A stretch of DNA of 64,000 nucleotides from Felis catus (Eukaryota), in contig NC_058368.1 of NCBI RefSeq assembly GCF_018350175.1, positions 92,754,001-92,818,000 on the forward strand, given 5' to 3'. The notes under the pieces were generated by a model that saw only the letters and a program-made list of their open reading frames with translations, was not told the origin of the DNA and made no database searches. Each line of letters begins with the position of its first letter. The first letter of the stretch is position 1. The translations under genes and the position numbers were made by a program. Positions 24,050 to 36,315 of this stretch are shown here, piece after piece.

Positions 24050-24172
24050 CAATGTGTATATTCTTGTGTATACAATGTGTACTACACTATGTGTAGTATA
24101 CACATATACACAATGTGTATACACATATACACAATGTGTATATTCTTGTGTATACAATATGTACTACACTAT
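24050..24172. repeat. Complex TA/CA-rich repeat: two ~41-bp direct copies flanking a duplicated tacacatatacacaatgtgta unit
   Basis: Directly visible. Confidence 0.85.
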
Positions 24173-24739
24173 TAAAAAAATAATTAATAGCCCAACCCAA
24201 GCTTTTAAACATATGCCAGAAATATTTCTTTTTTTTCCCCACCCCCTGCCAGAAATATTTCTTAAAACACTGTGGCACTTCTTTTTTAGTAAGGGATCCA
24301 TAATGTTTGTCCTTTATTTCCCTGTTCCTTCTCTAAGTACATGTGTGTCCTTCATACGCACATCAGAGAACTAGAACTAGACACTGGATACATCATTTTA
24401 ATGTGTGTTGACTTGAAGCAAACCAATCACATAGATATTATCCTGTGTGAGAAAGCTGCCAAAAAGGACCCAAGAGTAAATTAAAAAATGAAAACCTAGC
24501 ATCATGAAACTTAGATATGATAGTTTGTCTTGGAGACAGAAATAACACGACATAGGACAGCGTGGTCATAACTCTTACCTATGTCTTAAAGAAACGTAGC
24601 CTGCCAAGCTAAGTACCAACTACTTTATTAGTTCCAGAAATCAAGGAGGAATCAGAAAAAAGCAACAAGAATTATAAGGAGCTGACAAAATGATTTATGA
24701 GAGAAGATGAAATGAATTAAACAAGAATTGCTTGGGTAA

Positions 24740-25140
24740 ATAGGTAGAGGGGAGGAAAAATAATTATACCTTTACCCTAGCTCCACAAAGATAGGAGACT
24801 CCAAAGCAGCCAGGCAATTGAGGCTTATATACCATCCTGAACTAAGGAAAAGTATAGGGTACTGGGGCTTCAAAGTGGGGAGGCAGTTCACAGGAAGATG
24901 AGAGAAGGTGATAAAATGCTTTGGTCATCATATGATTGCCCTGACATGCAGATAAGTCTCTTAAGTGACAAGAATTATCTCTGGTAATAGCTCTCGTTCT
25001 GAGACAGGTCCCCTTTCTTTTAGGCATTTAAGGGGGAGGTAAAAAGGTTCTGTTCAGTCTGCTGGGTCTTGATTATCTTCCTTCAGCTCAAAATAATCCT
25101 TATGCCAAAGAGGCATGTTCTGGGAGGCATGGACTCCACT
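24740..25140 (-). mobile_element. ERV1-class solo LTR (MER4-group-like)
   Basis: cttcagctcaaaataatccttatgccaaagaggcat and gaggcttatataccatcctgaactaagg motifs. Confidence 0.6.
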
Positions 25141-25239
25141 GCATAGTGATAAAGAAATGTAGTGATATTGCATATCTGGAAAATGGAAACATTGAAGGAA
25201 ACTATACGGTGAGCAATTACAGTGACATCACACTGAAGT

Positions 25240-25424
25240 TAGTTGTTTTATTTATTTTGAGAGAGAGAGGGAGGGAGGGGCATAGAGAGAGGAGAAAGAG
25301 AGTCAAGCGGGCTCAGCACTGTCAGCACAGAGTCCAACTTGGGGCTTGAACCCATGAACTGTGAAATCATGACCTGAGCCAAAATTGAGTCAAACATTTA
25401 AATGACTGAGCCACCCAGGCACCC
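25240..25424 (-). mobile_element. Can-SINE
   Basis: TSD tgaagtt(a/t)gttgtttt. Confidence 0.92.
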
Positions 25425-25904
25425 CTGAAGTTTGTTGTTTTTAAATCAATTGCTATAAAGAGCATAAGGAAACATTAAGAAATATTTTAAATGGAACTAA
25501 GTTAAATGTAACCTTCCAAAGAACAGAATTTTAGGCAAATATCTTAAATCACTGCTTCTATCTTAGATGTTGACCAGGTGGTCAAAATTCTGCAGTAATC
25601 TCTATTTAGATTAATATCTTTATCACGTTAATATTTAAATTTATAGCTAAAAACATTAATATTTTTCAAACAGAGAAAATTTCAGGCCAACTGTTGAAAT
25701 TCTGAGGTTTTTTTGGGGTCAGAAAACAGATGGACAGTGAAGCCAGTGAATGTTCTGTTCTATTTGTGCAAGGAAATGTGTTAGTGTGCTCTGTACCTCA
25801 AGAGAATATTCTGTAAGTATGTTTGTTGTCCTGAGTCTGTTAATATTTTATCTGTGACAAACTACAACAAAGAGTCTTCGTTTCAGGACGACCAAGTTTA
25901 GAAG

Positions 25905-26012
25905 GATTAATTCTAGTGTGTGCCTGTTTTATTCACCATCATATCTCCACCATCCAGCACAGTGCTTGGGACCTAGATGTGTTCAATAAGTATTTTTGAG
26001 TAGATGAATGAG
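25905..26012 (+). mobile_element. LINE-2 3' terminus
   Basis: cagcacagtgcttgg...tcaataagtatttttgagtagatgaatga. Confidence 0.7.
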
Positions 26013-26419
26013 TTATATGATTCTATACTGTTTTTATCAAGAGTCAGAAAATAAAATTTCCTTAAAGTTCTGTGTGCTGCTCTTCCAGCTGACAGGAGAT
26101 TATAGGTTTGTTGACCACATGGAGAATCCAAATCTGTTTCTCCTTGGAGCTAGAAGGTGGATGTATATTTTTACATCAATAGCCAATAACATTATTATTA
26201 ACTTGACCTTTCATTCAAAGTAACCTCCATTTAGAGTTATCACCATTCTCTCAATCTTGAATGAGGAACTTTAATAAATACAGATACCCAAGTTCCACTC
26301 TGTGGTGAAGCAGATTTTCTGGGATGGGACTTTGGGATTTGTAAGGGAGGAAAAAGAGGAGGGGGAGGAGAAGCACGTCCCAGAATATTTCTTTTTGAAA
26401 AATCAGAAGTTGCTCTACA

Positions 26420-26580
26420 GGGGCACCTGGGTGGCTCAGTCGGTTAAGCGTCTGACTCTTCATCTCAGCTCAGGTCATGATCTCAGGGTTATGCGTTCAA
26501 ACCCTGTATTGCGCTCCACAGTGGGGTGTGAAGCCTACTTAGAAGAAGGAGAAGAGGAAGGGGAAGGAGAAGAAGAAGAA
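26420..26580 (+). mobile_element. Short, older Can-SINE with (GAA)-rich tail
   Basis: TSD agaagttgctctaca / agatgtcgctctaca. Confidence 0.88.
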
Positions 26581-26599
26581 GATGTCGCTCTACATATTG

Positions 26600-27120
26600 A
26601 TCAACAAGTTGCCTTTTAAAATCTAATGAATTATCATAAACTTTGTTTTAGATTTGTTCATAGAGTTTACGTAGAATACCTACAACGGAATGAAAAGTCA
26701 AAATCTCTTGCTTTCCAACTACATATCTGGACCAGACCAAATTATTTTTTTCATATGCTTCAACCTAAGCAACATATTGCAATGGATCAAATGCAGAAAC
26801 ATGTAGGAAATTGTTTCTCGTTAAGCCAGACATAAACTGTGGCAAAACTGTGGGCAAAACTGTGTGAAACAGTGCCACTTGTATCATATTTTTTGTTTTA
26901 CAATATTATTTTTCATATAAATATGTTATCTGTCTTCCAATATAGTTTCTTACCATTTTAAAATTAATTCATAAATACATCTTTAAGAGATTTCTTGGTT
27001 TTAGTTTCCTATGTGGTAAATATTAACAGATATAGCCCATAGATACAGAGGCTTTCCTGGGCTCCCCACTAATTTTTACAATTGTAAAGAGATCCTGAGA
27101 GTAAAATTTGGAGATTTGTT
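26600..27120 (+). mobile_element. hAT Charlie1-type DNA transposon 3' fragment
   Basis: aatgcagaa...ttaagccagacataaa and taatttttacaattgtaaagagatcctgaga terminal motifs. Confidence 0.65.
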
Positions 27121-27848
27121 GACATACAGAATGAGGTTTGTATCAAGTAGCTAGATAGCCACTCAGTGAAACCTTTTGTTTGGGGCTAGATCTGGAATAT
27201 CTGTGTCTATATGGCCAACTTCTAGTCATTAGCTTAGTGCCCTGAGCTTGCCTGATACCCTCTGTGGACCCTACAGAGTTAGGGGTCTTGGGGTATTGCT
27301 CTCCATACCCTGTACGCATGTGTTCTTTCTAAACTGTTAACCCCAGAAAGATACCTGGTGTGAAAGTAATGTCTAGACATGGAACAATTAGTCCCTGAAA
27401 GATGCTATGAGTAATTTGATTCCAATATTTGTTAACGTTTGTGTAAGTGCACTTTGTATTTTACCACCTAAGTTTTAGCTAGGAATTCCTACTTTGATTA
27501 CAGTGTGAATTTCTAGTTTGATGGCAAGCAAATTGACTTGAGCAAGCAAACCATTACACAAATACCTCATGCTGTAGATTGATGTTCGCTTATGAGCATT
27601 TTAGAATTTGCTTTTATTTTTCTGTGTACTTATCAATGGCTGTAAAGAAATAAAACCAAAAATGTTTTTTATTGATTCCTACAGATTAGTCTGTTGCAAA
27701 TAGCAACCTCATCCTCATTATTTTTTAAAACAAAATATCATGAGAAACTTTCAGGCATAAAAACAGTTCTAAGTTCCACTTGAGAAGGAAGTGATTTTTT
27801 TTTTTTTTTTTTACTATCTCTTTATGACAACAGAAATCACAGAGCTTA

Positions 27849-28065
27849 GGGGCACCTGTGGGCTCAGCTAGTTAAGCGTCCGACTTTGGCTCAGGTCATG
27901 ATCTCACGGCTTGTGAGTTTGAGCCCTGTGTTGGGCTCTGTGCTGACAGCTCAGAGCTTCGGATTCTGTGTCTCACTCTCTCTGCCCCTCCCCTGCTTGC
28001 ACGTACATACGTGCACACACACTCTCTCTCTCAAAAATAAATAAATGAACTTTAAAAAATCTTAA
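27849..28065 (+). mobile_element. Can-SINE
   Basis: TSD agaaatc(a/g)cagagctta. Confidence 0.95.
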
Positions 28066-29399
28066 AAGAAATCGCAGAGCTTAAAGGACCTTAGAGTTAA
28101 CCTTGTTACACATTTTTTTTTTTAATTTTGGAAACTGAGTTAAAGATTATATGGTAACAGGTGAGGGGCAAAAACTTAGGTATTCCCCCCCCCCCCCCCA
28201 CTTCTCTCCTTTATTCCATTGTGTCTTTATTATACTGTTTTGTCATTCCAGAGCCCCTGCCCCCACTATTGGGGCAGAAAAAGGGTTGTAAAAGAAGCAT
28301 CAGGAAAATCACTTGTAGGTTTGCTGTCACTATCCATAATAGCTTCAGTTGCAACAAAGAATAACATAGAAAAGACGTCCTAAAAAACAAACAAACAAAC
28401 AAATTGGTCAAAGAACAGCCCAATCAAACCAAGCATATGAAGAATTATGAAGGCCCTCTCCCCAAATTAAAAAGCTTCATGGAATTTTTTTTTTTTTAAC
28501 TTCCTGGCTAGTGGCAGAGCTGACCTGGGGTTGCCATCCCAGCTGCTGTTGACCCAGAACTGAAAATTTGATAAAAGGTGGAAAGATGTGTTTCTGATGC
28601 CTTATTCAGGTGTTTGCCTTTGGAATGGGTGGGACTGTCTAGAAAAATAAAGCCTCTGCATGGCACTAAGGGAAATGGACTCTGTATCACATTTCTCGAT
28701 TAAATAGGAGTGAAAGTACCAATGTTTGCCTTCATGCAATGTTAACACTGTACCTCTGTAGATAAAAGTGAGGAAATGAAAGTGTTCTTGTTCTCGGAGC
28801 AGTAAGATAGTGACAGATAAATTATATTGTGTTCTTACTCATGTGGAGCGAGGCCCTGGTTTTCATTTTATACATTTCTTTTTAAATATAAAAAATGCTA
28901 TTAAAACCAGAAAGTCAAAGCTTGGATGTTGTGGATGAGAATAAATTCTTTGGAATGGGAATGAAAATGTCTCAGTGATAGCTGTAATTACCATTTCTGT
29001 TTCTGCTACATTAATTTAGGTTCAGATTGCTCTAGGGGAGATGTCACCTATGTTGTTTTAAAGTGATGCTTTAGGTTTCAAAAAATGTCAGGAAAATCAT
29101 GAAAAATATTTGGGTAGCAAATTTTCATTCCAGCACAATGAACCCTTAAAAGTTATGTGCTCTATATTTCATATGTCTTGAAAGTATTTCTTTGGTAACT
29201 GCCCACTTGGCTAAAAATTCCCAAGCAGCTCAAAAAGAGATCCTCTGATCCAACATTATCGTGATGTTAGGTGAGTTACTCGCATATAGAAATCTTTTAT
29301 TGGTCTAGTCAGCCCTGACATAGTAGGCATATTTGAGGGGTGCCTTATTTGACTGGGATCCGAGCCACTGTGTTTCATTGCACTCATTCGTGTGACATA

Positions 29400-30085
29400 T
29401 ATATACCGGAACCTGCTCTGTGGAGGCATCGTGCTTGGAGCTGCCATTATCATGGAGGACAAGAACAAATTGGTTCCTGCCTTCATAGAGAACTTAGTCT
29501 GGTTCTTAGTCTGAAAGAAAGACCGGGCCTAGCTGAGGGGTTGGGGGAGCGTCTCTAAGGAAGAAACACTTGATCAGAGATCAGAAGGATGTACAGGAGT
29601 TACCCACGAAAAGAGGGGAGGAAAACACGTTCCCAAAAGAGAAGTCAGCGTGTATAAAAGATGTGTCAAGGGATGTCACAGGGCTACTAGGAGGAACTGG
29701 AAGAATATCATGGTGGCTCAAGTATTGAGAGAACTCAAGGGGAGCTAGTCATGATGAAGCAAAAAGGGTAAGTTGATATGTCTTCCAACAGGGAGATGGC
29801 GTTGGCCTGATAGGCTGGTGGTCATAGAGATGAAGAGCAAGGAACAAGCTAGAGGTGAATTTGGATTGACAAGATGAGGTTTGGGAGTGAGAAAGATGAG
29901 TCAAGAATAAAACAAAGATTAGGCAGCTGGACAGATGGATGATGGTGTCATTCCCTGAAATTGAAAACCTTGGGAGTTGGGTGCCCATGGCATGGCCAGT
30001 GAACAATTAGATGTATGAGTCAGAAGCTCAGGATATTTGCTGTCAAGCCCGGAGATACAGACTGGACAGTTAGTAGCATTCAGAT
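29400..30085 (-). mobile_element. LINE-2 relic
   Basis: Purine-rich antisense L2 pattern (cctgccttcatagaga, gatggtgtcattccctgaaat). Confidence 0.55.
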
Positions 30086-30458
30086 CATGTGGCAGATACA
30101 TTCCCCTTGCCCCTTCAGATGCACTCCTCTCCCTGTTCTCGCTCCAGAAGGCTGACCTCTATGAATCAGTCAGATGATAGCTCTGCCCTCTGACTTCAGG
30201 TTAGGTTCTGCCCATTGGGATGTCTGTTAAGAACTATGAAGGGCTTGAGGTTTTACCTTACTTAGGAGCAAATGAGTCAGTTCGCCACAGAAGCAAAGAA
30301 GACACAGGACTCCTGGTCTGTTGAAAAATAACTATATCACTTATTATAAAAATACTGATTTGAAGGGGCACATGAACCTCAATGTTTGTAGCAACATTTT
30401 ATGGAAAAATCCCAAATGTCTATGGATAGAGATAAATGGATAGAGAGGATGTGGTATA

Positions 30459-30655
30459 GGGGCGCCTGGGTGGCTCAGTCAGTTAAGTGTCTGACTCTTG
30501 GTTTTGCCTCAGGTCATGATCTCACGATTTGTGAGGCTGATCCCCACATCAGGCTCTGTGCTTACAGTGCAGAGCTTGCTTGGGATTCTCTCCCTCTCTC
30601 TGCCCCTCCCCCTTCTCTCCCTCTTTCTCAAAATAAATTAATAAACTTTAAAAAG
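30459..30655 (+). mobile_element. Can-SINE nested in L1
   Basis: TSD agaggatgtggta / agaagatatggta. Confidence 0.94.
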
Positions 30656-30664
30656 AAGATATGG

Positions 30665-30666
<2 letters not shown>

Positions 30667-30708
<42 letters not shown>
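30667..30708. repeat. (GT)n microsatellite, ~21 units
   Basis: Directly visible. Confidence 0.97.
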
Positions 30709-30710
<2 letters not shown>

Positions 30711-33024
30711 TGTAATATTACTCGGTCATCAAAAAAAATGAAATCTTGCCATTTGCAAGTGATATAAGTCAGTCAGAAAAAGACAAATACCATATGATTT
30801 CACTCATATGTAGAATTTAAAAACCAAAACCGATGAACATAGGGAAAGGGAGTAAAAAAGAGACAGAAGCAAACCATATGAGACTCTGAACTATGGAGAA
30901 AAAACTGAGGGTTGCTGGAGGGGAAGTGGGTGGGGGGATGGGCTAGATGGGTGATGGGCATTAAGGAGGGCACTTGCTGGGATGAGCACTGGGTGTTAGA
31001 TGTAAGTGATGAATCACTGAATCCTACTCCTGAAACTAATTTTACTATATATGGGAACTAAGTAGAATTTAAATAAAAACTTGAAATCAAAACAAAGAAA
31101 AAAACCCCACAGTATATCCTTTTATAGCAATAGTGGTAGCTAGTGTATCAGAATTTTATTGTGTCTGTTCCCCAGCCCCTAATATATTCACAAGAAAATG
31201 TGAAGAAGGCCAGCAGCACCTACACAGGAGACCCGTGAACTTGGAGAGTCTGCATCTTTTATAATAGGCAGTGAGCAATGTCTGCCCTTGACTCTGGAGG
31301 GAGACACAATGTTTATCTTCAAGATTGTGTGCTATACCGACATCCTTGGAAAGGTAGTCTGTAACAAAGGCAGTCAGTGCCTCTGCTCTCAAGATGTGTA
31401 GAAATGTGAATGACCAAAAGGAATTTCTCCCAAAGATCCCCAGAAGGAGGTCAGTGGGAGAATATGGGAGAGTGAGGTCAATTTTATTTATTTGTTTCCC
31501 TCCTTCGTAGATTGCTTCAGTCTGTTTGTGTCCCTCAATAGACGGTCACTTCTTCTCTCAAGGTGACCCTCTACAAAATTGCACCCATCATGCTCTTAGT
31601 CCCTTTAGGTTTGGGGTCAGTGGTATTTCCTCCTTTGGCCTGCCCTAAGTTACTGCACTATCACATTATGGTCCCTCATATCTTCTCTGTTTCTTTGTAA
31701 ATAGCTTCTTTTTAGATACACCCTACACAATTGGCCCCCCTTGGAGTGTGCCCTCTGTTTCCTGTTGGGAACCTGGATGACACCAAGATCATTAGATTAT
31801 GAGATTGAGTGAGATGTGTGAAGCATCAGAATTAAAAAGAGCAAGAGAAGACCCTGAGAAATACCACTCTTATGGCATGTTTGGGGAAATGGGAGTCCAC
31901 AGGAGATGTTAGTAACCACAAGAACCCGGCTTCTGGGTTTTGTAATACAGCCTTCCTCTTGGGAGGTTTGACATGGAAGCTATTTTCGGGCTCTGGCAAG
32001 ATGGGAAGGTGTGCATGGCATGGGTGGAACCACAGGACAGCAGGATGGAAGACAGACCTCTGGACTGATTTTGTTACCCATGCTGTAGGCTCAGAAATCT
32101 GATTCTGCAAGCACACTGCAAGTACCTGTTTCCAGCAATGCCGGAAATGCCAATTTACTTATTTTCAGGGAGAGAGAGCTATTACTGTCATACAGGTGGT
32201 ATATGTAAATCAGCACCGTCTATTTGTAAGCATTTTTCTAGGTCACTAAAAGTTGCTTTTTTTGGGCTGCTTGCTACCCGAGATATTTCCTAAACCAGGC
32301 TCCTGTGAGTGGATGATCCTCTCTACTTGTTTTGTTCTCATGTAAGCATGATTTCTCTGCACTATGTCTCCTTCTGGATGTCATAGAATTTCTTTGGATA
32401 CATGATGATGATTGATCAGATTGTAGCTATATTCCAATTTTTCCTATATCTGGAAATAGAATGTTTTGCCTTAGGGCAGGTTTTTGCATGTTGCTGTCAT
32501 GTCTGTTTTGTGTGGACTTGACTACCTATGGCTTTCGTGGTCTTCTCCCCTTCAACCAGGGCACTGGGGAGTCTGTTTCTTCTTGCCCTCCCTGGTAACA
32601 TGGGGGAGACAGGCTGTGTGTCCTCTTACACACACTGTTTAGCATGGTTAAGGGATCCCTATGTGAAGGTCATTGGGAAAGAAGCATTTGCAGTGCTTTA
32701 CAAAATACTTAAGTGGTCAATAAATTCTTGTAATGAAAGAAATTGTTAGAAGACTGGTATGATTTTGCTGCTGGGATAGTAACTAGAAATTACAAGTTTT
32801 CTGTGCCTCATTTTTAGTATGCTTTACTTCATTCATGGGTAGAGAATGTTGGGAGAAACAGGTGTTTCATTATTCAAGGTTGGGGGAGCGGGGTGGTGTC
32901 TGTTGTCTTTTGAAACTCACGGAATGAACATGATTTCTCAGGATAAATGAATTGCCAATTTCTGGTGAACGGTACTGTACCTTACGGGAAGGATTACAGA
33001 AATGTTCAAAAGGATACCTGGACA

Positions 33025-33225
33025 GGGGCGCCTGGGTGGCTCAGTCAGTTAAGCAACTGATTCTTGGTTTTGGCTCAGGCCATGATCTCACAGTTTGTGG
33101 GATCAAGCCTGGAATCAGACTCTGCACTGACAGTGAGGAGGCTTCTTGGGATTCCCTCTCTCTCCCTCTCTCTGACCCTCCCCTGCTCGTGCTCCCTCTC
33201 TCTCAAAATAAATGAATAAACAAAC
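33025..33225 (+). mobile_element. Can-SINE
   Basis: TSD aaaaggatacctgg. Confidence 0.95.
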
Positions 33226-33989
33226 AAAAAGGATACCTGGGCATTACTTTCTTGAGAGATGTAGCGTAATAAATCTAACTTAAAAATAGGAAATGTTTAG
33301 AACAAATTTGTGGCCCCCAAATGGAATCAGGCAGGAAATCTGTTTTTAACGTGCATCATTTGGACTCATTTGAGCCAAAAATTAGCCTCAGAAGTACTTG
33401 TATCATGCAGTATTAAGAACTAATGGACTCTCTAACTGGATTAAGATGATCTGTTACCTTAGTCATCAACCATTTAGATTTATCTTGCCATTTTAACATC
33501 AAAATTAAGTGCTAGAGTTATTCACATTAAACAACTGATGTTAAGCTGAACTGACGACATTCTTTCCATCTGGATGCAGATACGGACGGCCAGGACTGTT
33601 GGATACTAAACTTACTTTGCACAATCGGGAGGTGACATGTGACTGGAATGGATTTAAGAAGTGGCAGTCTTGGAAATTTACCAAATTCAGGTTATCTGAC
33701 AGGCATAACACTGCCTGTAAGAAAAATCAAGCACAACAAATCCTAAGAAAGGGCCAGCATGTGTCCATAAAAACTGGAATTCTGCGATTGGAATTGAGTT
33801 CCGGAGTTGGTGGTGCACATTTGGGATGTACATATTTAAACTTAGCAGTGCAAGGATCCTATAAATAGTGGAATCATTCAGCCTTCCCTTTTATTAAGCA
33901 TAAGCTCTAAAGCCAGTTTTAAAAGTGTAATTACAGAAGGCATATGATGAAGCCATTACATACTAAGAATTATGTTGGCACTTTTTAAT

Positions 33990-34240
33990 ACTAATAATGT
34001 ACTTATTTAGTGTTGGTTATATGCTAGGCACGGTTTTAAGTGCTTTGCATATAATAAGAAACTTGATACTCCTAATGATTCCATGAGGAAGGCACAATTA
34101 TGCCATTTTACAGATGAGAAAATTGAGGTAGAGAAAGTTTACCATGCTTAAAGTTACAAAGCAAGTAAGTGGTAAGGGTTGAGTACAGACCCAGGTAGAC
34201 TGGCTTTCGGCTTTCTGCTCGTCACCCCCAGGGCTATACT
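33990..34240 (-). mobile_element. MIR
   Basis: tgctaggcac...aagtgcttt...cattttacagatgagaaaattgagg MIR core. Confidence 0.8.
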
Positions 34241-34265
34241 TGCTCTTATTCTTGCCATTGCGTCT

Positions 34266-34306
<41 letters not shown>
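34266..34306. repeat. (GTT)n microsatellite
   Basis: Directly visible. Confidence 0.97.
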
Positions 34307-34749
34307 ACTAAGTTTGCCAGCTGATAAGAATAAACAACCAGTGTATTGTCTCATTATCTGTGAATCCTCAATTTTTAAAACAGTTTCTTCTTGCCCATCT
34401 TAATTCTATGATTCATCCCCTCTTGCCAGCATTCCTAAATTCTCTTTCCCCTCTTGTGTTTCACATCTGGCAAACCCTTCTTCCTGATGAGCTCTGCTTT
34501 TGGCTTTCTTGGTGTTTATTCCATAGCAACTGAGAACTGCCGGAGAAAGTCCCAGAGTAGAGCAGATGGTTCTACTATATTTAGATATCACTAACCTCAG
34601 GTGGGTCTTACGCGCTGCCTGGCAGTGTATAACTCACTCCTACTCACTCTCCCACATAGAATGGCTTTTCCAAACTTGCTGTTGCCAAGTGGATTCTTCC
34701 AAAGATGGCCGTAACAATATCCTACTGGCTGGTATAACAATGGGACTTT

Positions 34750-35238
34750 GCTGTTCCTTCCATCAGAGAGGTGGGGTCCATGTGACCTCTTTTCAAATTT
34801 AGGCAGGCATGTTATTAAAGGAGCAGCTTTCAAGTAGGTCATAAAAGTAGTACAGTTCCCACCTGGTTCTTCTGGGAGAATTTCTTCTCTTCTAGAACCA
34901 GGCAGTATGTTGTGAGGAAGCCCAAACAGCCTTCTGGAAAGACTTCAGGACACATGAAGATGTTCCAGCCAATAGCCCCAGCTGAGTTCCTGACCCATAG
35001 CCAGTATCTGTCTTCAGACATGTGAGAGGGTGAAACTTCAGATGATTTCAGGCCCCGGTCATTGAGTTACATCCCACTCTCAAGAGAACTGCTCAAGTCC
35101 TAGACATTTTGGAGTAGAAATAAGCTATTTCTGCTGTGCCCTCTCCATATGCTCGACACACAGAATTCTCGAGCGTAACAAATGGTTGCTATTTTATGCC
35201 ACTCAGTTTAGTTTATTCTACAGCAATAGTAACTGAAA
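34750..35238 (+). mobile_element. MaLR LTR (MLT1-type)
   Basis: gtgaggaagcccaa, agccccagctgagttcc, ttcagatgatt and the terminal ttatgccact...tacagcaatagtaactgaaa. Confidence 0.7.
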
Positions 35239-35829
35239 TGCTTTCCCTATTGTTTTTTAAAGTCCTCTTCTCTGCCCCCCACCCCTCACTCTGAGCAGGT
35301 AACCTTGCCAGTTTCAGATCCATTAGTGGTGGAGGTGAGAAAGCTGCCTTACTTCCAGCAAATCTACCTGTATATACACACATTCTCTTCTTCTCTCCCG
35401 TTACTGTAGAAGGGTTCCTTTTACTTCAGTCCAATAACTCCTACTTGTTCTTTATGACCCATGCCAGTTTGCCAATGAACCAACTAATAATTATTATATC
35501 TTCTATTGTATTTTGAACCTCTTCTCTTTGAACCAAGCCTTTCTCATTTAAAAACAATATTGAGGTATAATTGGAGTAGACAATGTGAAAATGTACACAT
35601 TGACTAGTTTTAAGTTATGTATTCATCTGAGAAACCACCACCACAATGAAGATAATTAACATTTAACCCTAAAAATTTCCTCCTGCTGATAGCAGTCCAT
35701 CCCACCAAGCAACAGCCAACTTTCTTTCTATCACTATAGATTAATGTGCATGCGATAGAATTTTATATAAATGGAATCATATAGTTTGTACTCTCTTGCT
35801 TGGGTCCCTTCAACTTAGTATAGCAATTT

Positions 35830-36045
35830 TTAAGATTTTTAAATGTTAATTTATTTTGGGAGAGAGAGAGCATGTGTGAGCAAATGAAGGAGGGGCAGAG
35901 AGAGAGGGAGAGAGACAATATCAAGGAGGCTCCGAGCTGTCAGTGCAGAGCCCAGTGCGGGGCTTGAACTCATGAACTTTGAGATCATGACCTGAGCCAA
36001 AACCAAGAGTCGGATGCTTAACTGATGGAACCACCCAGGTGCCCC
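35830..36045 (-). mobile_element. Can-SINE
   Basis: TSD caattttt(t)(a/g)agatt. Confidence 0.93.
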
Positions 36046-36094
36046 AATTTTTTGAGATTGATTCATGCTTTTGCAAGTATTAGTTGTTTGTAAT

Positions 36095-36315
36095 TTTTTT
36101 TTTATCTAAAAATTTTTAATGTTTATTCACTTTTGAGAGACAGAGACAGAATGCAAGTGGGGGTGGGGCAGAGACAGGGAGAGACAGAATCTGGGGCAGG
36201 CTCCAGGCTCTGAGCTGTCAGCACAGAGCCTGATGCGGGGCTCAAACTCACAAACTGTGAGATCATGACCTGAGCCAAGGTCAGGTGCTTAACCAACTGA
36301 GCCACCCAGGCACCC
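36095..36315 (-). mobile_element. Can-SINE
   Basis: TSD agttgtttgtaa. Confidence 0.93.

Larger units (their letters stand above)
30345..31105 (+). mobile_element. LINE-1 3' end (the only plus-strand L1 copy seen) with nested SINE and (TG)n
   Basis: aatgaaatcttgccatttgc, agtcagaaaaagacaaataccatatgatttcact, 3'UTR and A-tail. Confidence 0.9.
30225..31433 (-). mobile_element. Solo LTR (ERV class, family uncertain) split by an L1 insertion
   Basis: tgttaagaac...ttttaccttactt...gaagacacaggactcctgg at left and gtgcctctgctctcaagatgtgtagaaatg...tctcccaa at right. Confidence 0.5.

Noticed and set aside
34154..34403. Poly-Leu signal-peptide-like and poly-Asn ORFs
   Set aside because: Produced by the (GTT)n repeat next to a MIR
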